From the IMG/VR virus record IMGVR_UViG_3300047382_000135, positions 1 to 26,333 of that record: a DNA stretch of 26,333 bases. One strand, 5' to 3'. Every line of letters starts with the position of its first letter. The stretch's first letter is position 1. The stretch comes from a virus. Lineage: Duplodnaviria; Caudoviricetes. Both the position numbers and the translations under genes were made by a program. Below are positions 1-7,356 of the stretch, piece by piece. The notes beneath the pieces were generated by a model. That model ran no database searches. It was not told the origin of the DNA and worked only from the letters and a program-made list of their open reading frames with translations.

Positions 1-470
1 ATAATTTTACATCCATTCTCAAATTCAACAGAACCTTTGTTCCATTCCATAACACCCTGCTGTAACCACTTTGGCAATGCTTCGTATGCAATCTTGATTC
101 GATCAAGTATCTCACGAGCCGCATCACCTTTGTTTGCGAGTAACGCAACGGTCTTATGTTCGTTGAAGATAATATAATGTAGAATCACAGCAACAGCAGT
201 AGTTGTTTTACCCGCCTGTCTTGATGTTACAACTGTTACTCTACGATTGTTTGTTATCTTATCAACAATCTCTTTCTGATAATCGTACAAAGATATCGGT
301 ATTAATCCTCTATCTACATGAACGATTTGAATATACTTTTCTGCGAAGTATGTTGGATTCTGAGCGCACTTAACGAACTCTCCAACCATATCTTGTGTGA
401 ACTCAACAGATACGCCTTTTCTTTTCAGATTGACATTTCCGTTGTAGCCCTTTTCTATCGCATTAACCAT
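1..470 (-). CDS. gp17: Terminase large subunit, T4 gp17 family (N-terminal 156 codons; continues past the left window edge)
   Basis: Not in the ORF track; translated by hand from ATG at 470: MVNAIEKGYNGNVNLKRKGVSVEFTQDMVGEFVKCAQNPTYFAEKYIQIVHVDRGLIPISLYDYQKEIV...VTSRQAGKTTT...LLANKGDAAREILDRIKIAYEALPKWLQQGVMEWNKGSVEFENG. Contains the YQ adenine-binding motif and a Walker A SRQAGKT (T4 has SRQLGKT). Directly follows gp16 with an 8-nt ATGGTTAA overlap. Confidence 0.97.
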   Translation of the reverse strand, partial: MVNAIEKGYNGNVNLKRKGVSVEFTQDMVGEFVKCAQNPTYFAEKYIQIVHVDRGLIPISLYDYQKEIVDKITNNRRVTVVTSRQAGKTTTAVAVILHYIIFNEHKTVALLANKGDAAREILDRIKIAYEALPKWLQQGVMEWNKGSVEFENGCKI

Positions 471-876
471 CGCTATTTTTCATGTCCTTAATCAACTGCT
501 GTAGTTCATTTGTAGAACCAACAAACAAGTTGTTATTAGTAGTCAATCCATTAGGAGACTCTGAATTAGCTTTCTCTTCGCTTTCGACTTTCTTAGTAGA
601 CATGGCAACCAAATCTTTGTTCGCATCTACGAGAGTTTTCATAATAGTCGATACGACTTCATATGCTCTCGGATGCTCTGATGCTTTTGCCACATCAAGC
701 ATTTGCTCCAATGCCTCTGTTCCAGATTCGATTACATTATAGAAGTTACTTCTAGCGTACTCATAATCTTTATTCATTTTGTCGTCAGTGGGAACTTCTG
801 TTCTTTGAACTACTTTCCCTTCGACTACATCATCCAGAGGCTCAAGTCCTAGACTTTTACCTATTTCATCATTCAT
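463..876 (-). CDS. gp16: Terminase small subunit, T4 gp16 family (137 aa)
   Basis: Motifs DYEYARSNFYNVIESG, HPRAYEVVSTIMK and NNNLFVGSTNELQ; lies between gp15 and gp17. Start moved from 918 to the ATG at 876 (MNDEIG), which follows the gp15 stop and an AAAGG SD-like sequence. Confidence 0.93.
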   Translation of the reverse strand: MNDEIGKSLGLEPLDDVVEGKVVQRTEVPTDDKMNKDYEYARSNFYNVIESGTEALEQMLDVAKASEHPRAYEVVSTIMKTLVDANKDLVAMSTKKVESEEKANSESPNGLTTNNNLFVGSTNELQQLIKDMKNSDG

Positions 877-890
877 ATTATAACCTTTCT

Positions 891-2096
891 TTATGTAACT
901 ATTGTTCTGTATTTCCAATCATCATCAGTGCCCAAATCTAATTCTGTAGCATCTGGGTCATAACTCGCTACTTGAACTTTTGTGACTAAAGCGTGTTCCA
1001 TCCGACTCTTGAATGTCTTGAGTTCTTCACCAGACCAGAGATGGCTATATGTATGGTGAGAAGACCCTGAAACAATTGTACTAAGTAAAGCATCAAGATC
1101 AGGTGCGGTGAATGTATCACCAACTGACCAAGTATCACTTTCATCAGTATCCTCTGTCTCATCAGGACTATTTGGATGGAAGCGACCTTTCATATATACC
1201 TGCCAACCCTTTTGCCATCCATGATAATTAGTGGTATCTGCCGCCGGAAAACTTGGATCTTCAAACGCATCGGGCCCACCAATTGATAATCCAACTCTTA
1301 ATACTCTATACTGTTCACCAGGCACTAAGTTGTGGGTATACGAAACATCTCCGTTCTCTGCTGTCGTAAATGTGAATGGTGAAAACACATGGGCTGACGA
1401 AGATACTGAAATCTGAGAAGCCTCTACATTACCGGGCTGACCATCAGCAAATTCTGCAACAGGAGCTACATCTACATCAACAAAAGTAATCTGCTTCTTA
1501 GTAGACACAGGACCGAAGAAGTACCCCTTCATTGTAAAGTTCAATGTCCAAATCAATGCTCTTCTTGTTTCGAAGTCACCTTCGTATGTGTCTTCTTGTG
1601 ATACGCTATTTAATACAATAGGTATATCAAAATAAGTACCCAATTCGTCAATCAACTTAACACTTACTGTACAGTCTGGTTTGAAGAATGGTAGTATCTG
1701 CTCAATAATCTTCGTACCATCTTCATTATACTTTGTCATTACATTTAACTGAAACTCGATATCGTATGGAGCAGGCGCAAACATAGAAGTCATATCCCCA
1801 TCAGCACCGCCTGATTTAACCAGTTTAGTTACGCTTGTCAGTTTTCGATCTGGCGCATATGTCATTCCAGTCATCTCAAAAGACATTCTTGGTAGAGTAA
1901 TTGCAGGAGCATTAAGCTGTGGGTCTTGATTAATTCTAGCAAGTATCTTTTGCATTGGTGCGTAGTTAATTGGCACCTTCATCTGCTGAGTGGTTGTGTT
2001 TCCAGTCTTTCTGCTTATTTCGATGTCATTAAACATCGTGCCGAATACAGCAACATATCGTCTAGTCGTTTCGTTGTAAAAGTGATTACCGTACAT
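891..2096 (-). CDS. gp15: Tail sheath stabiliser / tail terminator, T4 gp15 family, with a large C-terminal insertion
   Basis: MYGNHFYNETTRRYVAVFGTMFNDI, KVPINYAP, TLPRMSFEM, QILPFFKP and RRALIWTLNFTMKGYFFGP are gp15 hallmarks; synteny gp14-gp15-gp16; TAATG overlap with gp14 at 2094-2098. Confidence 0.95.
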   Translation of the reverse strand: MYGNHFYNETTRRYVAVFGTMFNDIEISRKTGNTTTQQMKVPINYAPMQKILARINQDPQLNAPAITLPRMSFEMTGMTYAPDRKLTSVTKLVKSGGADGDMTSMFAPAPYDIEFQLNVMTKYNEDGTKIIEQILPFFKPDCTVSVKLIDELGTYFDIPIVLNSVSQEDTYEGDFETRRALIWTLNFTMKGYFFGPVSTKKQITFVDVDVAPVAEFADGQPGNVEASQISVSSSAHVFSPFTFTTAENGDVSYTHNLVPGEQYRVLRVGLSIGGPDAFEDPSFPAADTTNYHGWQKGWQVYMKGRFHPNSPDETEDTDESDTWSVGDTFTAPDLDALLSTIVSGSSHHTYSHLWSGEELKTFKSRMEHALVTKVQVASYDPDATELDLGTDDDWKYRTIVT

Positions 2097-2788
2097 TAGA
2101 AAGTATCATCTCCAAATGGGTTGCCTTGACTGAAGTCGATAATGTTATCTGCCGTAATCTCTTTATTACTATCAATAAAGTCATCAAAGGCTGTGTTCTG
2201 ACCACCTGTGTTAGCATCAAATGTTGCATCATTGACCGGAGTACCATTATCCTGAATAGTCTTGTAATTATCAAAGTGTTCATCGATGAAGTCGTGTCCT
2301 GTATTAAATCTCTCACCACTGTACTCAAACAGTTCTGCACGAAGATCATATGTTTGAAGTGATCCCATTTGATAAAAGATTGACTCATGCTCAACATACT
2401 GAATTTCAAATATTTTATTATTAAGCGGCAAGTAGATTAAATCGCCTTCTAGTGGTCTACGATTGTCTTCTAATGTACCAACTTCAGATTCATATGTTCT
2501 TTTTGCGATTGTAAGTGTCATTGAATCACGAATTTGAAGACCAAACTTAGATAAGAAGTCACCCTCACCCTCAAATCCATCAACATTCTTAACATACATT
2601 TCTGCCATATATGCTTCATTAAATGTTGATAGGTCGTCTTCGTTTAGAATACTGTCTTCGGCAACAAGCGTTCTTGGTATATACCAAACGTCTATTCCGT
2701 AGATTTTTATAGATTCGATAACCAAGTCCTCAATAAGCGATTGCTCCATTGAGTTCTCGAAATTCTCGAAATAATAATTTTTAGCCAC
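2096..2788 (-). CDS. gp14: Neck protein, T4 gp14 family
   Basis: EQSLIEDLVIESIKIYGIDVWYIPR, GFEGEGDFLSKFGLQIRD, PLEGDLIYLP, FEIQYVEHE and terminal DFSQGNPFG; synteny. Confidence 0.95.
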   Translation of the reverse strand: MAKNYYFENFENSMEQSLIEDLVIESIKIYGIDVWYIPRTLVAEDSILNEDDLSTFNEAYMAEMYVKNVDGFEGEGDFLSKFGLQIRDSMTLTIAKRTYESEVGTLEDNRRPLEGDLIYLPLNNKIFEIQYVEHESIFYQMGSLQTYDLRAELFEYSGERFNTGHDFIDEHFDNYKTIQDNGTPVNDATFDANTGGQNTAFDDFIDSNKEITADNIIDFSQGNPFGDDTF

Positions 2789-2792
2789 TCTA

Positions 2793-3761
2793 TTATCCTA
2801 TCATATCGACTGCGGGCAAAGAATAACTTGAAGCCATTTCTTCTTCAAGTCTTTGAATCTCTTCTCGTGCATCGCTTAAAATTTGTTCTCCATTGAACTG
2901 AACGCCACCGGGCAATGTCATGCCGTTGAACTTGGTAAGATTTGAACCCCACTGATATTTGATTTTTGCTGTTGCATAGTTTTGTAAGAAACGATCTTTC
3001 CACAAGTCTGGATATGTAGTACCATCAACGACCTGATACGCTTCGATTACAACGTGATTACCTACAGTCAAATCAGCTAAGTTAGTATCTAGGAATAATT
3101 TGTTCGTGTGTCTATTATATCTAAGCGGAACTGCTCCAACAAGAAGGTCTTCCATAAGACTTAGGTGCGCCATTGACATATAGAAGTGAGTTATGTTATA
3201 ATGCAACATATCGTGTAGATTATGTAAGACAAATTGATACTTTGCGTTAAAGATTCCAGAACCAAGAGATGCATTAGACTCTGGTGTAAATAGATTCACA
3301 GCGCCTATGATATTATCTGGAATCTCGATATAACCAAGTTCAAAGATTCCTTTTGTAACACCTAAGTTCGCTGAAGATTCAATTGTTGCTGTTGTGGTAG
3401 AGTCTTCTCCAGTTATAGCTTCACTAGGCAGAAATTCTGTATCAGTGGTTGGCTTTCTATATGTAATCTCTGCGCCAGATGTCGCTAGAATTACTGCTTT
3501 AGCCCCACCTGCACCTGTAATCACTTCACCCACAGTGAAGTTTTCTGCTGTACTTGTAGTTAGTTTGAGTATTGAATTAGATACTTTGTGCTTAAAATAA
3601 GTCTTTTCTACGCCATCAAAGTGGTAGTCGTTATAATACGACAATGCTTCATCAACACGGTCATCAATTTGATCTGGGTCAACATTGATTTCTATAACTG
3701 GTTTGCCCAGTTTTCTGAGACAAAACTCTTTGAACTCTGCTTTAGTTGTTGGCTGTGCCAT
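2793..3761 (-). CDS. gp13: Neck protein, T4 gp13 family
   Basis: FCLRKLGKPVIEINVDPDQIDDRVDEAL..YHFDG, YATAKIKYQWGSNLTKFNGMTLPGGVQFNG and terminal DMIG; AGGA SD and a late promoter upstream. Confidence 0.95.
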   Translation of the reverse strand: MAQPTTKAEFKEFCLRKLGKPVIEINVDPDQIDDRVDEALSYYNDYHFDGVEKTYFKHKVSNSILKLTTSTAENFTVGEVITGAGGAKAVILATSGAEITYRKPTTDTEFLPSEAITGEDSTTTATIESSANLGVTKGIFELGYIEIPDNIIGAVNLFTPESNASLGSGIFNAKYQFVLHNLHDMLHYNITHFYMSMAHLSLMEDLLVGAVPLRYNRHTNKLFLDTNLADLTVGNHVVIEAYQVVDGTTYPDLWKDRFLQNYATAKIKYQWGSNLTKFNGMTLPGGVQFNGEQILSDAREEIQRLEEEMASSYSLPAVDMIG

Positions 3762-3791
3762 GTTTATATCCTAAATTTTATTGATATTATA

Positions 3792-3799
3792 TATTTATA
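3792..3799 (-). promoter_or_regulatory. T4-type late promoter (gp55 sigma) upstream of gp13
   Basis: TATTTATA on + equals TATAAATA on -, intergenic, 30 nt upstream of the gp13 ATG. Confidence 0.85.
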
Positions 3800-3808
3800 A
3801 CGATAAAG

Positions 3809-4174
3809 TTATCTAGTTACTCCACCAGTAACAGTAACTGTACCCTGAACGACACGAGTTACAGTATTGTTACCAGACACTATCTCAACGTCATAAAGAT
3901 ATCTGCCGGGTTCTATAGAATTTGTTCCAACCTGAGTTACTGTAGTTCCGTCAACAACATCCGAATTGGGTAGTGACAAAGTAATGACACCGCCTTCACT
4001 ATTATGAGTAGTGATAAACTGTGCAGTAACTGTCGCTGTTGCATAATTTTTACGCATCTGACCCCTAGTGGTGTATCCACCAAGATTGAATGGTTGATCA
4101 CTAGAGTCTAGAACATCAACTGTTGCTGAAAAATCTGAACCCTGATCGATTGTTAAGTTTGCTTTAATTGCCAT
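3809..4174 (-). CDS. Small conserved virion beta-sandwich (BppU-N/Ig-like adaptor-type) protein, 121 aa
   Basis: Pattern NLTIDQGSDF...NLGGYTTRGQMRKNY...GVITLSL...TNSIEPGRYLYDVEI...TRVVQGTVTVTGGVT is typical of small structural proteins near gp13 in marine T4-like phages; GGAGA SD; late promoter ~28 nt upstream. Confidence 0.75.
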   Translation of the reverse strand: MAIKANLTIDQGSDFSATVDVLDSSDQPFNLGGYTTRGQMRKNYATATVTAQFITTHNSEGGVITLSLPNSDVVDGTTVTQVGTNSIEPGRYLYDVEIVSGNNTVTRVVQGTVTVTGGVTR

Positions 4175-4199
4175 GAATTTGTCTCCAATAGATACTACA

Positions 4200-4215
4200 G
4201 TTATTTATAAATAAC
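4200..4215. promoter_or_regulatory. Bidirectional T4 late promoter: two overlapping TATAAATA boxes in a perfect 16-bp palindrome
   Basis: GTTATTTATAAATAAC is self-complementary; TATAAATA at 4206-4213 (+) and 4202-4209 (-). It lies in the 74-bp gap between divergent ORFs starting at 4174 (-) and 4249 (+). Confidence 0.88.
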
Positions 4216-4248
4216 AGAATAACCCTATTTGAACTAATTGGAAAAAAC

Positions 4249-7200
4249 ATGGCTAACAGAAGATATATAAAATTTGGTCTTAGAGCAGATAAAAATCTAA
4301 TCGATCTCGGTAATACCGCAGAAGCAGTAGATAATCTAATAGACGGCTTGGCTGTAGGCTCAGACATTTTTGGAAATCCATATCGATTCACTTCTGTAGA
4401 TTTAGCACCATTAAGAACTCTTTCATCAACAGACTTAGGTGCAATTCTTAATCCGACAGATAACTTACCACAAATTCTAAGAAATTTGAGTGGTTCTGTA
4501 AAAACAATCTCTTCAGCAGAATTAGATTCAGACCTTATCGATGTTGTTGGTCAGTTGGTAGTACAGCCACAAGTAACGCTTCAAGACAGAATAAACAGGT
4601 TTAAATCTGTTCTAGGTGATCCACCATTCATCAGCGGTGGCTCAGGACCTTATGTTGAATATGTACACCCGATTAGACTAACACAATTCACTGGTGCTTA
4701 TGATGATCTATTAATCAACATTAAGCCTTTCACACAAGCGAGTGATATTGCTAACGGAACAGATCAAACTGAAAATAGAGATTTAGTTATAGGCGACACA
4801 TATAAAATAGTCAATCTTGGCGACATTACTAACGATGAGTGGAATGATATAGCGGACACTACTAGTGTAACCTATGGCGTAGGCGATGTTTTCGTTTGCG
4901 TAAACAACGCCTCAACTCAAGTTGGGCACGACACAACAGCGATTGTTAGAGATGTGACAACTCCGTCAGGTAACTTTGCTACTTCTATATCTGGTCAAAA
5001 AGCAGACACGCTTCCCGCAAAATTCTTATTTACTAAAACCTCTGCTAGTAATTATCCACCATCAGTTATTTCTGAAAACGACTGGGAAAACGGAAATTTT
5101 GAATGGGACGGTCCTATCAATAGAACATTCATAGCACAGGGTGGGTTGGTTCAGTTTAATGCATTTCAGGTTGGTGGATTCAACCCACAGATCGAAACAA
5201 ACGGCCTACTTTTAGTTGAAGAAAATGTGACTGAACAAAGTGACGGTTGGAGATTAGTAAAAGGTACAAATACCTATAACTTTAAGCCAGTATACAGCAC
5301 TACTGTTGCGACAGTAAATGAAAGAACTGTAATCACTTTCTCCAATAAAGACGACTGGAGAAGGGTCGCCAGATATATGAGTTGCACCATAAATGGACAA
5401 GGAGATACAGTAATCTCCGAATCTAGTGCAGGAACAATTTCTCTTGGAAGTGATCTTCAGATAACTGACTCTAATGCTGATATAGAATTTTCTTATAATG
5501 AAAGTGCTGTTGTAGAGTTTAATTCGTTTGACTTCACTAGACCCCCAGGAGATACTCGAAGACAGGTAAGATATAGCGTTTGGTGGCCTAGTGGATATGG
5601 AGAGAACTACTCCAAAATCTTTAGGGACTCTGGAGATAGTGGATCAGATCCTTTCAATAAACTAAACTTTTACAAAGAACAAAGAGATTTACTTTTCTAT
5701 AGTAGAAAATTTAGCTTTCCATATTTTAGGGATAATAGAATATATGAGTTAAATCAAACAGGCAACACAAAAGTAGAAGTGCAACACACTTTCTTAAATA
5801 GATATCTAAATCCACAGGTTCCGACTAATCTTTCTATATTAGAAAGCCCAAACATTTTTCCAAGAAGTACAGGTAGTGGAGCAACTGTAGAATCAATTCC
5901 TGTAAAAGTATCTGACGATGGCACAATAGAATCAAGCATCGAAGTATTTCAGGATTTTGAAGTTGGTGATTGGGTGGTATCATCAAGAAATGATGGAACA
6001 CAAAGATATTACGCATATCAAATAATTGAAAAGATTGGCGAAGATGATGAGATATCGGGAGATAGTACTAAGACAAAAGCGTATGTATCTCCGCAATATT
6101 TACAGCAAACAGGCATAGCCGCTGATACTTTACATCATGTTCTTTTAGCAAAGAATCAAGGATTAATTGCTATCTACAATTCGTTTCAGGGCACAGATGC
6201 TGATGCAAATAGTGTAAAGAAAATCAAAATACTAGACTATACTTCTTTAGATTCTCCATCTAGACCCTATAGTATCAGAGCAGAAGATATTATATACAAA
6301 GTAGATTTTGTCCCAGCAAATCCATCAAACACTTTGGCTGATGCAGTGGTTTCAAATAATACTCACAGATATGGTATGAAACTCACCGAAATAGACCATA
6401 ATGACTCTGCTACACCAGTAGAAGCTATATTTGATGTAGAGTCCAATCCTAGTGACTCTTCAGGGTATACATTATCTACTAATCAGGGTGTGGCTTTTGC
6501 TTATGCATCAAGAGGATTGATAGACAGATCAACCCTTCAAGAGTGCGTAGATGTTTACGGTAAAGAAGTTACGAATAATGTTACTGGTACAACTGCAATA
6601 GAACTCAACAACGTAACAGGTATTACTCCAAGAAGTTCTGCAACTGCAATAACAAATGTGGTTATAGGTACAGATGGTAATATATCATTTGATCAAATGG
6701 ATATGAAGCATGGAGATCATATTGTAGTTTCTGGTACACCAACTGGTACAGGCGATATTACTGGATATACAAACTCTACGACATATCTTGTTGACGAAAT
6801 AGTCACAGGTAATTCGCCAAATATTAGCGCAATTAAATTATCTGAACTTAACGGAGATGTATTAGTAACAACTAGTGGAGACTCTGCCGGGTTAACATTT
6901 AACTTACATACTACTGGAGACTTTGCGTTTTTTGAGGGAAAAATTCCATATAACATCGATAATATGGTTCAAGTAGGTACAGTAAATAGTGGGAACAACA
7001 CGATAACATTGGTTGACTATAATGGTACAGCAGTATCTTTAAGTGGAACTTTAGGAGCAGGTGGCACTGTCGTATTTGCGCCTGCAGATGCAGGACCTGA
7101 TGCTAATGGATGGGATAAGCTGAATAAAGAATACTGCATCATTCCTTTGAATACTGCGCCGCCTTGGGAAGGTACTACTCTAGGCCTAAGAAGTCCAGTT

Positions 7201-7356
7201 GGAGATGTTACCAATAAACCTTTGAGCGTTCAGGCAAAAGAACTTAGATTTGTCAAACTATCTTTCACTGTTCCTACAGTTAATGTAGAATCTTATGTCG
7301 AAGATGCTAGTAACAGAACACAATTCATGAAGGTGAAGTATACTCCACCAACTTAA
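4249..7356 (+). CDS. Large putative virion/fibre-associated protein (1035 aa); the only + strand gene
   Basis: Long acidic, T/S/G/N/D-rich ORF behind a late promoter. N-terminal GLRADKNLIDL..AVDNL anchor-like motif; one copy of the dispersed module (4780-4899); small beta module near 6660-6845. Confidence 0.8.
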   Translation: MANRRYIKFGLRADKNLIDLGNTAEAVDNLIDGLAVGSDIFGNPYRFTSVDLAPLRTLSSTDLGAILNPTDNLPQILRNLSGSVKTISSAELDSDLIDVVGQLVVQPQVTLQDRINRFKSVLGDPPFISGGSGPYVEYVHPIRLTQFTGAYDDLLINIKPFTQASDIANGTDQTENRDLVIGDTYKIVNLGDITNDEWNDIADTTSVTYGVGDVFVCVNNASTQVGHDTTAIVRDVTTPSGNFATSISGQKADTLPAKFLFTKTSASNYPPSVISENDWENGNFEWDGPINRTFIAQGGLVQFNAFQVGGFNPQIETNGLLLVEENVTEQSDGWRLVKGTNTYNFKPVYSTTVATVNERTVITFSNKDDWRRVARYMSCTINGQGDTVISESSAGTISLGSDLQITDSNADIEFSYNESAVVEFNSFDFTRPPGDTRRQVRYSVWWPSGYGENYSKIFRDSGDSGSDPFNKLNFYKEQRDLLFYSRKFSFPYFRDNRIYELNQTGNTKVEVQHTFLNRYLNPQVPTNLSILESPNIFPRSTGSGATVESIPVKVSDDGTIESSIEVFQDFEVGDWVVSSRNDGTQRYYAYQIIEKIGEDDEISGDSTKTKAYVSPQYLQQTGIAADTLHHVLLAKNQGLIAIYNSFQGTDADANSVKKIKILDYTSLDSPSRPYSIRAEDIIYKVDFVPANPSNTLADAVVSNNTHRYGMKLTEIDHNDSATPVEAIFDVESNPSDSSGYTLSTNQGVAFAYASRGLIDRSTLQECVDVYGKEVTNNVTGTTAIELNNVTGITPRSSATAITNVVIGTDGNISFDQMDMKHGDHIVVSGTPTGTGDITGYTNSTTYLVDEIVTGNSPNISAIKLSELNGDVLVTTSGDSAGLTFNLHTTGDFAFFEGKIPYNIDNMVQVGTVNSGNNTITLVDYNGTAVSLSGTLGAGGTVVFAPADAGPDANGWDKLNKEYCIIPLNTAPPWEGTTLGLRSPVGDVTNKPLSVQAKELRFVKLSFTVPTVNVESYVEDASNRTQFMKVKYTPPT

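Noticed and set aside
1-470. Intein or intron in terminase gp17
   Set aside because: The visible part reads as uninterrupted gp17 through the Walker A region.
877-918. ORF-track start of gp16 at 918
   Set aside because: It overlaps the end of gp15; the ATG at 876 has an SD-like sequence and gives a typical gp16 length.
4164-4391. 75-aa minus-strand ORF crossing the divergent promoter
   Set aside because: Shadow of the 1035-aa gene; it runs through the promoter palindrome and has no recognisable motif.
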